A stretch of 64,000 nt of DNA, from contig JAUSJT010000004.1 of the NCBI GenBank assembly GCA_030647485.1, positions 109,088-173,087 on the forward strand, given 5' to 3'. This DNA comes from a bacterium. GTDB lineage: Bacteria; Patescibacteriota; Minisyncoccia; Minisyncoccales; UBA10102. Below, piece after piece: positions 52,735 to 60,819 of this stretch (position 1 is the stretch's first letter; each line of letters begins with the position of its first letter). The translations under genes and the position numbers were made by a program. The notes beneath the pieces were generated by a model. The model saw nothing but the letters and a program-made list of their open reading frames with translations. It did no database searches and had not been told where the DNA came from.

Positions 52735-53811
52735 ATGCTGCTTGTTGATTTTGGAGAAAGCACCTGCAAGTTCGCTCTTGTGAAAGAATATGAAAAGAGC
52801 CTCGAGGTGCAAGAATGGGGGATAGAGGATATCCGCTCTTTAGAGTATGCAGCAGAGCATATCCTTGAGAGGATGAAAGGCGTGCATGGAGATATGGAGC
52901 CCGTCTTTGTAAGCTTGCCCGCCACCCTATGGAGATCGCGTGTATTGTATGAGGGAATAGAGAGGAAGAACGCGGCCTTGCGCATTGACTCTGCAGAAAA
53001 AGAAACCATCCTCGAAGGTCTTTTTGCGAGGACGCGCTCATCGCTCAAGGAACAGGTGCAAGATTCCTCTGGAATCCTCGCAGAGGACGTAAGTATCCAA
53101 AAGTTGCAGATCCTTAAGTACACGATTGATGGATACCATGTGCAAGACATTTTGGGCTTTCCGGGAACACACCTGGATGTTCAGATTATGGCAGTGTTTG
53201 CTCTTGTAAAGCATCTCCCTATCGTGGATAATATAATACAGAGGTTCTCTAGTATCTCTTCCCCCCGTATTGTTCATCTTGCAGAAGCCCTTGAGGGCTT
53301 TTCTCAAACGAGACCGCAGGACGCAATATACATTGATATGGGGGATGCATTCACCCGGATTATCGCGACGCAGCAAAAACGTGTTGCATTCGTTGACGAA
53401 GTTTCTCGCGGAGGCAGGGATTTCACGCTCTATCTTCAAGAGACCCTTTCTCTGGGAGAGAATACTGCAAAAGATTTTAAAGAACGGTATGCCTCAGGCG
53501 ACTTCTCGTTTCCCTTGAGGGAAGCGGTAAAGGAAGGATTCCTAGCCATAGCAGAAGATCTTGCACGTCTTGTATGTAAGAGTTTGCGCAGTACCAGGGT
53601 ATCTCTTCCTTCTTCTATTTTCCTTTTTGGAGAAGCCAGCAAGCTTCCAGAAATTGAAAAAGCCTTTCTAGGCAACATCTTTGAAGGATTGCCATTCCAC
53701 GAGAAGCCCCGCATCTCGTTCTTGCTGCCAAAGGATCTCTGGACCTTGGAGTTCCCCGGCAAAACAAATCCCGTCTTCACTCCATTATTTTTCTTGCCTT
53801 ATGCCCCGTAA
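52735..53811 (+). CDS. divergent FtsA/PilM-like actin-fold ATPase (stop codon supplied by the GIY-YIG element TIR)
   Basis: 358 aa; phosphate-1-like LLVDFGESTCKF, phosphate-2-like IYIDMGDAFTRI, SRGGRDFT, IFLFGEASKLPEI. Confidence 0.5.
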   Translation: MLLVDFGESTCKFALVKEYEKSLEVQEWGIEDIRSLEYAAEHILERMKGVHGDMEPVFVSLPATLWRSRVLYEGIERKNAALRIDSAEKETILEGLFARTRSSLKEQVQDSSGILAEDVSIQKLQILKYTIDGYHVQDILGFPGTHLDVQIMAVFALVKHLPIVDNIIQRFSSISSPRIVHLAEALEGFSQTRPQDAIYIDMGDAFTRIIATQQKRVAFVDEVSRGGRDFTLYLQETLSLGENTAKDFKERYASGDFSFPLREAVKEGFLAIAEDLARLVCKSLRSTRVSLPSSIFLFGEASKLPEIEKAFLGNIFEGLPFHEKPRISFLLPKDLWTLEFPGKTNPVFTPLFFLPYAP

Positions 53812-54088
53812 CATTACATCGGTAGTGTTCTTCTACGTCTATGTACTTTTGAGTTTGAAAGATGGAAACCATTATGTAGGATATACTACTGACTTGAGAA
53901 AGAGAATAGAAGAACACAAGAAGGGGCTGGTGTTCTCGACAAAAACACGAAGGCCCCTCACACTTATCTATTTTGAGGGTTGTCGAAATGAACAAGATGC
54001 TAAACAGCGCGAGCGATACCTCAAGATGACTATTGGTCGCAGATGGCTTGGCACAAGATTGAGGAATTTTAATAAAAAACTGATGTAA
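53801..54088 (+). CDS. stand-alone GIY-YIG nuclease-domain protein (95 aa)
   Basis: MPRNITSVVFFYVYVLLSLKDGNHYVGYTTDLRKRIEEHKKG...ERYLK; ATG is the left TATG copy and TAA lies inside the right TIR; the ORF-track start at 53681 is an extension into the upstream gene. Confidence 0.8.
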   Translation: MPRNITSVVFFYVYVLLSLKDGNHYVGYTTDLRKRIEEHKKGLVFSTKTRRPLTLIYFEGCRNEQDAKQRERYLKMTIGRRWLGTRLRNFNKKLM

Positions 54089-54098
54089 TGTTACGGGG
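53804..54098 (+). mobile_element. 295-bp GIY-YIG element with perfect 17-bp TIRs and TATG target duplication
   Basis: CCCCGTAACATTACATC (53804-53820) / GATGTAATGTTACGGGG (54082-54098); TATG at 53800-53803 and 54099-54102. Confidence 0.7.
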
Positions 54099-54099
54099 T

Positions 54100-55356
54100 A
54101 TGCAAAAAAAGAAAGTTCGTGATATTCTTCCTCCCAGGCGTGTCAAGGCGCACGAGCCTGAAAAAGCAACTCCATCTTCTCTCGTGCAGCGTTCCCCACA
54201 AAGAACCCCTAGGAGAATGCTGTTTTTTCTACTCTTTGTCGTGCTCATAGGAGGAATTACAGGGGTGCTTAGCCTCCACTTCTTTTTTGCCAAGGTCTGG
54301 ATTATCGTCCACCCGTACACAAGAGAGGTAACTGCCAAAGCGTCTATGACTGCCCGTGCAGGAATTGAGGGAACAGATATTGAAAAGAGTATCTCCGCAT
54401 TGATTATTAATGAAGAGAAGTCATTGACCAGACTATTTCCTGCGACAGGGATATCTACCGAGGAAGGAAGAGCTCGGGGCACCATACGGGTATTCAACGG
54501 ATTCTCCACGTTTCCTCAAAAATTAGTCGCGCAGACACGATTTCTTTCAGAAGACGGGAAGCTATTCCGTTCTCCAGGAGCCGTGGTGGTACCCGCAGGG
54601 CGTATGGAAGGAGGTAGCATTATTGCGGGATTCCTTGATATTGAGGTTGTAGCCGCAGAATCCAAAGAGGAATACAATATTGGACCTTCTAATTTTTCCC
54701 TTCCTGGACTCTTTGGGAATCCCGCATATACGACCATAACTGGAAAATCATCTGAACCTATGACTGGCGGGTCAAAAACGGAAGTTTCCGTTGTAACAGA
54801 ATCTGATTTGAATGCTGCACGGGATGCTCTTATGGCAGAGTTGCAGCAAGACGTGCGAGAATCCCTGGAGGGCAAGGTGCCAGAGGGTATGATATTGCTT
54901 TCTGACGCAGTAGACCTCCGGGTTGTTCAGGCGTCTTCACCTATCAAGGCAGCAGCTCCGTTAGACAATTTTAATTTCTCTGTGAAAGTCCAGGGAGTAG
55001 CCATAGTTTTTTCCAAGGCCGATGTTGAGAACGCAGCCAAAACGCTTCTTGCCAACCTTACAGAAGGGGGAGAAAAAATAGCCGAACGGGCCGATTCAAT
55101 AGAGTACGAAAACGTGGAAATGAATATGAGCGCCCAGAGCCTTTCTTTTGACATGAGAGCGTCCACGAGGACCTACAAAGAGATTGACCCTGTTGAATTC
55201 AAGGCGCGCTTAGCGGGGATATCAAAGGATGAGGCGGCTTTAGCGCTTTCCTTAAATCCCAGCCTGCAAAAAGCAGAGATTCTTTTATTTCCCTTCTGGC
55301 TTACATATCTCCCCCAAGACCCCAATAAGGTGGAGGTTAGCATAGTTATTGACTAG
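54100..55356 (+). CDS. hypothetical membrane-anchored protein
   Basis: ATG of the right TATG copy (MQKKKVRD...); one N-terminal TM ([20 protein letters not shown]); no family recognised. Confidence 0.6.
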   Translation: MQKKKVRDILPPRRVKAHEPEKATPSSLVQRSPQRTPRRMLFFLLFVVLIGGITGVLSLHFFFAKVWIIVHPYTREVTAKASMTARAGIEGTDIEKSISALIINEEKSLTRLFPATGISTEEGRARGTIRVFNGFSTFPQKLVAQTRFLSEDGKLFRSPGAVVVPAGRMEGGSIIAGFLDIEVVAAESKEEYNIGPSNFSLPGLFGNPAYTTITGKSSEPMTGGSKTEVSVVTESDLNAARDALMAELQQDVRESLEGKVPEGMILLSDAVDLRVVQASSPIKAAAPLDNFNFSVKVQGVAIVFSKADVENAAKTLLANLTEGGEKIAERADSIEYENVEMNMSAQSLSFDMRASTRTYKEIDPVEFKARLAGISKDEAALALSLNPSLQKAEILLFPFWLTYLPQDPNKVEVSIVID

Positions 55357-55393
55357 CAGAATGATTCCTGCTAGAATAGGCCAAGTCGAGTTC

Positions 55394-55618
55394 ATGAGAA
55401 ATTCTACACAAGGAGACCTTGTAAAAATGGGGGAGGTCACAGAAGCCTTGCCTTCTGTTCAATTTCGCGTGAAACTTGAGGACGGAAAGGAAGTATTGGC
55501 CTACCTTTCTGGCAAGCTGCGGATGTTCAAAATTCGCATTCTTCCCGGAGATAAGGTGACCGTTGAATTGAGCCCGTACGACCTAACCAAAGGAAGAATT
55601 ACATATAGGAACAAATGA
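55394..55618 (+). CDS. infA: translation initiation factor IF-1
   Basis: 74 aa from ATG 55394; ...[58 protein letters not shown]. Confidence 0.93.
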   Translation: MRNSTQGDLVKMGEVTEALPSVQFRVKLEDGKEVLAYLSGKLRMFKIRILPGDKVTVELSPYDLTKGRITYRNK

Positions 55619-55728
55619 AGATACGCTCTTCTTTAAAAAAAGTGTGCAAGGACTGCCAAATCGTGAAGAGGGAGGGAAGGCTGTATGTGCGATGTAAAAA
55701 CCCGAAACATAAACAACGTCAAGGATGA
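55615..55728 (+). CDS. rpmJ: 50S ribosomal protein L36
   Basis: 37 aa [37 protein letters not shown]; ATGA overlap with infA; below the ORF-track cutoff. Confidence 0.93.
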   Translation: MKIRSSLKKVCKDCQIVKREGRLYVRCKNPKHKQRQG

Positions 55729-55797
55729 GCGAGCTTTTAGCTTGTAGCTGGTAGGCAGATTCTACAAGCTATTTTCTATAAGCTACAACCTAACTTT

Positions 55798-56187
55798 ATG
55801 CCTCGCATTTCAGGGGTTCCAATCCCAGACAATAAAAGTATTTCTGTCGCATTAACCTACATCTACGGTATTGGCTCTTCTTTGAGTGCTAAAATCTTAA
55901 AGGAGGCTCAGATAAAGCCCGATGTAAAGGCATCCTTGCTCAAGCCAGAGGAACTCAACCTCATCAAGGATATTATTGAGAAGAACTACAAGATAGAAGG
56001 AGGGTTGCGAAGAGAAATCATGACCCATATCAAGCGTCTGAAAGACATTGGATCATGGAGGGGCATGAGACATATGAAGAAACTTCCGGTTCGAGGCCAG
56101 ACTACGCGCACGAACACGAGAACCGTGAAAGGAAACGTACGCAAGACCATGGGTTCAGGACGAAAACCAGCCGCTACACCTACATAA
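55798..56187 (+). CDS. rpsM: 30S ribosomal protein S13
   Basis: 129 aa; MPRISGVPIPDNK...; ...SWRGMRHMKKLPVRGQTTRTN. Confidence 0.96.
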   Translation: MPRISGVPIPDNKSISVALTYIYGIGSSLSAKILKEAQIKPDVKASLLKPEELNLIKDIIEKNYKIEGGLRREIMTHIKRLKDIGSWRGMRHMKKLPVRGQTTRTNTRTVKGNVRKTMGSGRKPAATPT

Positions 56188-56200
56188 TAGTTATTGGTAT

Positions 56201-56653
56201 ATGGGAAAGAAACGTATCATTGCAAAAAGTGAAGAAACATCGCAAAAGCAATCTTCTAATGCTAATCCTGAAGGAGAGGTTTTGGGCGTGCAAGAAACCC
56301 ACAAAACAAGAAAGGAAGGCCGCATATACATCTTTTCTTCATATAACAATACAAAGATGTCTTTGACGGATCCTGCTGGAAACGTAATTGTCAATGTGAG
56401 CGCAGGAGCCATAGGATTCAAGGGAGCACGAAAGTCAACTCCATTTGCCGCATCTAAAGTTGCAGAAACGTTAAGCACTGCCGCTAAAAACAAGGGAATT
56501 GACAGAGTGGATATTTTAATAAAAGGGATAGGGTCGGGGCGAGAGAGCGCCTTGCGGTCGTTTGCTACAAAAGGCATGGAGATTCTTTCTATTAAAGATA
56601 TTACTCCTGTCCCGCATAATGGGCCTCGTCCTCGTAAAGTAAGAAGAGTATAA
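56201..56653 (+). CDS. rpsK: 30S ribosomal protein S11 (N-terminal extension)
   Basis: 150 aa; ...GRIYIFSSYNNTKMSLTD..., ...ITPVPHNGPRPRKVRRV. Confidence 0.95.
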   Translation: MGKKRIIAKSEETSQKQSSNANPEGEVLGVQETHKTRKEGRIYIFSSYNNTKMSLTDPAGNVIVNVSAGAIGFKGARKSTPFAASKVAETLSTAAKNKGIDRVDILIKGIGSGRESALRSFATKGMEILSIKDITPVPHNGPRPRKVRRV

Positions 56654-56657
56654 TCAT

Positions 56658-57188
56658 ATGCAAAAAGCAGTAGTACGAAAAAGAAGGCCAACCCCTCTTT
56701 CAGAATACGGCAGGCAGCTTGCGCAGAAGCAAGAGTTGCGAAACCAGTACAACCTGAAAGAGCACCAGTTCGCAAAATACGTTAAAGAAACCCTCGCCAA
56801 AAAAATCAAGGGGGATGTTACTGCAGCTCAAGTATTTATAGAGAGGCTAGAACGACGCCTAGATAACATCGTTTTTCGTTCGGGCATAGCCGATACAAGA
56901 TCCCATGCGCGCCAAATGGTGTCCCACGGGCATTTTATGGTTAACGGAAAGCGCACGAGAATCCCTTCCTATGAAACGCATGTGGGCAACGTGATTTCCG
57001 TAGTTCCTTCTGCTCTTGGCAGAACGCTATTCAAGAACATTCTTTTGAAAATCAAGAAGTACAACCCTCCTGCGTGGCTGGAGGTGAATAAAGAAACATT
57101 AGAAATTACAAGAAAAGGGGTGCCAAGCTTGCAGGAGTTGGGCTTGGCCGTCGAAGTTCCCCTCATATTCGAATTTTATTCAAGATAA
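56658..57188 (+). CDS. rpsD: 30S ribosomal protein S4 (short form)
   Basis: 176 aa; ...LERRLDNIVFRSGIADTRSHARQMVSHGHFMVNGKR... Confidence 0.93.
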   Translation: MQKAVVRKRRPTPLSEYGRQLAQKQELRNQYNLKEHQFAKYVKETLAKKIKGDVTAAQVFIERLERRLDNIVFRSGIADTRSHARQMVSHGHFMVNGKRTRIPSYETHVGNVISVVPSALGRTLFKNILLKIKKYNPPAWLEVNKETLEITRKGVPSLQELGLAVEVPLIFEFYSR

Positions 57189-57236
57189 CAGAATAAAATG
57201 AGAATACATCAGTAGATGATATTCGAATTTTATTCA
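57165..57236 (+). repeat. 18-bp direct repeat pair around the rpsD stop
   Basis: ATATTCGAATTTTATTCA at 57165-57182 and 57219-57236; ATTTTATTC-aagataaca-GAATAAAAT hairpin in between. Confidence 0.7.
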
Positions 57237-57252
57237 CGGTAAACATTTATTT

Positions 57253-58029
57253 ATGATTCCTTTCCCAAAGCCAGTTACAATTAAAGAAGAAGCAGGAAAT
57301 AGGGGAGTATTCGAAATTGAAGAATTATACCCCGGGTACGGAGCTACCATAGGGAATAGCTTGCGCCGTGTTCTTCTCTCTTCCCTTGAGGGAGCTGCGG
57401 TGACGCAGGCAAAAATTAAGGGAGTCGCCCACGAATTTTCCACGATTCCCGGCATAGCGGAAGATGTTATTACCATTATGCTGAATCTCAAGCAGATGAG
57501 GTTTAAAATGTATGGAACAGAACCCCAGCTAGCAACACTCAAAATAAAAGGGGAAAAGGAAATACGGGGTTCTGATTTTAAATTGTCCAGCCAGCTTGAG
57601 CTCGTCAATAAAGATATTGTGATTGCGCACCGCACCGAAAAGAGCGGAGAGTTTGAAATGGAGCTTCAGATTGAACGGGGAGTTGGGTATGTTCCAATAT
57701 TGCAACAAAAGAAAGAAAAGAGCGAAATCGGAACACTTCCCTTAGACGGCATCTTTACTCCTGTGCAGAACGTAAGCTTTAGGGTTGAGCATATGCGCGT
57801 TGGAGAGAAAACTGATTTCGATAGGGTCATTCTGGAAATTGAAACAGACGGAACTATGAGTCCTGCAATAGCCGTTCAGACAGCGATAGAAATCCTTCAA
57901 AAGCATTTTGAGCGAATCGGAGAAGGATTGAAAGATGTGAAAGAAGAGGAGCCAAAGGAAGAGAAAAAATCTCCCAAGGAGAAAAAAGAAAAGAAACCGT
58001 CAAAGAAAAAGGAGGCAAAGAAGAAATGA
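57253..58029 (+). CDS. rpoA: DNA-directed RNA polymerase subunit alpha, N-terminal domain only plus Lys/Glu-rich tail
   Basis: 258 aa; ...YGATIGNSLRRVLLSSLEGAAVT...; ends ...EEEPKEEKKSPKEKKEKKPSKKKEAKKK with no alpha-CTD sequence. Confidence 0.9.
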   Translation: MIPFPKPVTIKEEAGNRGVFEIEELYPGYGATIGNSLRRVLLSSLEGAAVTQAKIKGVAHEFSTIPGIAEDVITIMLNLKQMRFKMYGTEPQLATLKIKGEKEIRGSDFKLSSQLELVNKDIVIAHRTEKSGEFEMELQIERGVGYVPILQQKKEKSEIGTLPLDGIFTPVQNVSFRVEHMRVGEKTDFDRVILEIETDGTMSPAIAVQTAIEILQKHFERIGEGLKDVKEEEPKEEKKSPKEKKEKKPSKKKEAKKK

Positions 58030-58376
58030 GAAAGCGAAAGAAAGGGAGAAAATTTTCAATGAAGGCAGATCCCAGGCGGGCGCTCTTGCATTCTCTTTTG
58101 CGGGCTCTTATGGACAAAGAGAAGATTGAAACTACGGAGGCAAAGGCAAAAGAAATGAGGTCGTTTGCAGAGAAGCTTATCACAAGGGCAAAGCAGGGGA
58201 ATTTGGCGGACAGGAGGCATATCACAAAAACATTAGGAGACGACCTTGCAAAAAAGCTTATTGAGAAAATCGCTCCTACTTTTAAAGAGCGCAAGGGAGG
58301 GTATACTCGTGTGATTAAGCTTGGGCAGAGAAAAAGCGACAGCGCAAAATTGGCAATTATTGAATTGGTAAAGTAG
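58026..58376 (+). CDS. rplQ: 50S ribosomal protein L17
   Basis: 116 aa; ...LLRALMDKEKIETTEAKAKEMRSFAEKLIT..., GGYTRVIKLG. Confidence 0.95.
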   Translation: MRKRKKGRKFSMKADPRRALLHSLLRALMDKEKIETTEAKAKEMRSFAEKLITRAKQGNLADRRHITKTLGDDLAKKLIEKIAPTFKERKGGYTRVIKLGQRKSDSAKLAIIELVK

Positions 58377-58377
58377 C

Positions 58378-58728
58378 ATGGAACGAATTACCCATACAGT
58401 TGACGCAAAAGGACAAAGCCTTGGCAGGTTGGCAACAAGAGTTGCTTTGCTGCTCCGGGGGAAAGGAAAGTCCGCATACGAGCATCACATTGACAGCGGT
58501 GACGCTGTTATTGTCACGAATTTCAAGCATGTGCGCATAACTGGAAAGAAAATGGAGCAAAAGACGTACTATCGCCATTCAGCATACCTTGGAGGGTTAA
58601 AATCCAGGACTCTCAAGGAATCTTTTGCGATAGCACCCAAAGAAATTCTGAGAAAAGCGGTATGGGGCATGCTGCCAAAGAATAAGTTGAGACCAGAGCA
58701 GATAAAACGCTTGCGCATTGAACTATGA
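58378..58728 (+). CDS. rplM: 50S ribosomal protein L13 (short form)
   Basis: 116 aa; ...DAKGQSLGRLATRVALLLRGK..., ...YYRHSAYLGGLK. Confidence 0.93.
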   Translation: MERITHTVDAKGQSLGRLATRVALLLRGKGKSAYEHHIDSGDAVIVTNFKHVRITGKKMEQKTYYRHSAYLGGLKSRTLKESFAIAPKEILRKAVWGMLPKNKLRPEQIKRLRIEL

Positions 58729-59189
58729 AGGCATTAAAGGGCACAAAGAAAAAGAAAACACAGCGTGCAAAAAAACAAGAAATTCCAGCCCTGGTAGGTA
58801 AGTACCAAGAAGGCATAGGAAGACGAAAAACAGCAGTGGCCCGCGTGAGGATTACAGAGCAAGAAAAGGACGGACTTTTTGTTGTTAATGGAAAGCCTGT
58901 GAAAGAGTACTTTCAGGATGTGGAGTGTCAGCACATTGCACAAGAAATATTTGAAAAGATTACTCTAGCAAAGCCGCTTGGCATTTCCGTATATGTACAG
59001 GGCGGAGGGATACAAGCCCAGGCAGAGGCTGTGCGCCACGGTTTGGCCAGGGCTCTTGTTAAACTTGATCAAACCCTCCGGCCGCAGTTGAGAGCTCTAA
59101 AAGTTTTGACCCGCGATCCCAGAATGCGAGAGAGGAAGAAATTTGGGTTGAAGCGCGCCCGAAGAGCCAGACAATGGAGAAAACGTTAG
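58725..59189 (+). CDS. rpsI: 30S ribosomal protein S9 (N-terminal extension)
   Basis: 154 aa; ...GIGRRKTAVARVRI..., ...TRDPRMRERKKFGLKRARRARQWRKR. Confidence 0.95.
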   Translation: MKALKGTKKKKTQRAKKQEIPALVGKYQEGIGRRKTAVARVRITEQEKDGLFVVNGKPVKEYFQDVECQHIAQEIFEKITLAKPLGISVYVQGGGIQAQAEAVRHGLARALVKLDQTLRPQLRALKVLTRDPRMRERKKFGLKRARRARQWRKR

Positions 59190-59208
59190 TTTTTGACATT
59201 GTCTGTAC

Positions 59209-59273
59209 AGAGGGGGTCGGGGAGATTGGGTATCTCCCCGTGTAGGAAATTATTCAAAACCGAGGGTTTTGAA
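59209..59273 (+). repeat. structured repeat family 2, copy 4 (permuted: 3' half precedes 5' half)
   Basis: AGAGGGGGTCGGGGA + gattgggtatc + TCCCCGTGTAGGAAATTATTCAAAACCGAGGGTTTTGAA. Confidence 0.65.
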
Positions 59274-59315
59274 GGAGCGAAGCGACACGACATTGGAGAA
59301 AGAGATAAAACAGTG

Positions 59316-59345
59316 CGTCTCGGATTTTTCCGAGACGTTTTGTTT
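59316..59345. terminator. bidirectional intrinsic terminator between rpsI (+) and the convergent gene (-)
   Basis: CGTCTCGG-attttt-CCGAGACG flanked by AAAA upstream and TTTTGTTTT downstream. Confidence 0.75.
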
Positions 59346-60736
59346 TACTTCACTAATATTTCTGAAACATAGAGATTCCCTTGAGATAGTACCGTCAGTA
59401 CTTTTGAGGCTTCCTGCCAGAAGAGCTTTGGGTCTGGGAATTTGATCAAGTGCGCCGTATTGACGGTATCTCTCTCGTCAATCTCTATCGTTTGTATATC
59501 CGTACCAGCTGAGAATACGAGATAGTGGGAGCTTATCCAGAGAAGATTATCTATATTATTGCTTAATCTGGTAAGGAATACCTTGTCTCCTGCGAGATGA
59601 TATGGCTGGTCTTCTGAATCCTGCAGATACAGAACCCATATTTCAGATCCGCTTGAGACCGCAAGTTTCTTGCCGTCAGGGCTTTCTGCAATCATGTGTG
59701 CTTGAGAAAAGACCTCTTTCATGTTTTTCTCTCGCGTATCTACGGAAAGAAGGCGTGTCCCTTCCCTGAGAAATAGAGCATCTCCAAAGCCGTGGATACT
59801 GTATTCTGTTTCTTCCTGTAGAGGGGTAGGTAGGGAGGATATCATTTGAGGGGGATTTTGCGGCGTATCTTTCTGCCACAATTTCCCTGAGCTTTCAAGC
59901 CAGAGCAATATTGACCCTTGTGTTGTAAAGGTTATGACATTATTTGCAAAGGTCGCAAGCATCTCTTTCTGTATAAAGTTTGCTTCTCTTAAAACAATGG
60001 AATTACGTACGTATTTTGAAAAGATAACTCGGTCTTCCTCCGTATTAGAAAACAGTAGCGTATCTAAGGGCTTTCCCAGGAAATCGAGAGAACAGGGTGT
60101 AGCGTTGCACGGCTGGCCCTTTTCCAGTGCAAGAATAAACGAGTAGATATCCTCTCTTCGTACGAGCGAAAGGAGAATCTGCTTCTGGCTAGGGGACCAT
60201 TGGATATCCCAGAGAGTTTCTTTCGTTTCAGACGTGAATATCGTTTCCTCCCGCAGCGTTTCCGTATTGAAAAGAACAAGTTTCCAGAATTTTGAGGTAT
60301 TCTTTTGAAGCAAGAGCGTGTTTTCTTTCGGGGTCTTCCAGATTTGCTGTACGTTGTCTGCTGCAATGGTGAATTCCGGTTTCTCGGGGAACAGAATGAC
60401 GTTCTTCGCGTCGGTCACCTGCTTTTCCTGAATTTCCAGTTGCTTTGTCCATGGTTGGTATCCTTCCTTGGAGATTTGGATCTTGTGGGATCCTGGGAAT
60501 AGGTTTCCCAGAAGCGCTGAACCAAAAAAGAAGTCCGTTGTCTTGGGGGTTTTGCCGTCTACAGTAATGTCTGTTCTTGTTGGAATAATCTTAAAGTACA
60601 GGGCTCCTGTTTGGACTACCTGTTTTAACTTCCAGTCAATTCGATATCCTTGAGAATAGAGGATAAGAGAGGGTACAGCAAAGAGGAATGCGGCAGCTAA
60701 AAAAAGAAACAAAATCGTTCTCGTGCGTTTTGTCAT
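59345..60736 (-). CDS. membrane-anchored PEGA-domain plus beta-propeller-like protein
   Basis: 463 aa; N-terminal TM; ...TDITVDGKTPKTT...GSHKIQISKEGYQPW (PEGA-like); repetitive beta-rich C-terminal part. Confidence 0.55.
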   Translation of the reverse strand: MTKRTRTILFLFLAAAFLFAVPSLILYSQGYRIDWKLKQVVQTGALYFKIIPTRTDITVDGKTPKTTDFFFGSALLGNLFPGSHKIQISKEGYQPWTKQLEIQEKQVTDAKNVILFPEKPEFTIAADNVQQIWKTPKENTLLLQKNTSKFWKLVLFNTETLREETIFTSETKETLWDIQWSPSQKQILLSLVRREDIYSFILALEKGQPCNATPCSLDFLGKPLDTLLFSNTEEDRVIFSKYVRNSIVLREANFIQKEMLATFANNVITFTTQGSILLWLESSGKLWQKDTPQNPPQMISSLPTPLQEETEYSIHGFGDALFLREGTRLLSVDTREKNMKEVFSQAHMIAESPDGKKLAVSSGSEIWVLYLQDSEDQPYHLAGDKVFLTRLSNNIDNLLWISSHYLVFSAGTDIQTIEIDERDTVNTAHLIKFPDPKLFWQEASKVLTVLSQGNLYVSEILVK

Positions 60737-60819
60737 AATGAGGTAGTATAGTGTTTTTACTCGTATACTTCAAGGAGTTGCCAAAGCACAAGGTTTCAGA
60801 TAGAATGAAGCAGACTCAT

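Noticed and set aside
52590-53150. 186-codon minus-strand ORF spanning the alaS/FtsA-like junction
   Set aside because: It overlaps two better-supported plus-strand genes and has no signals.
56191-56775. 194-codon minus-strand ORF antisense to rpsK/rpsD
   Set aside because: It is a shadow ORF across two conserved r-protein genes.
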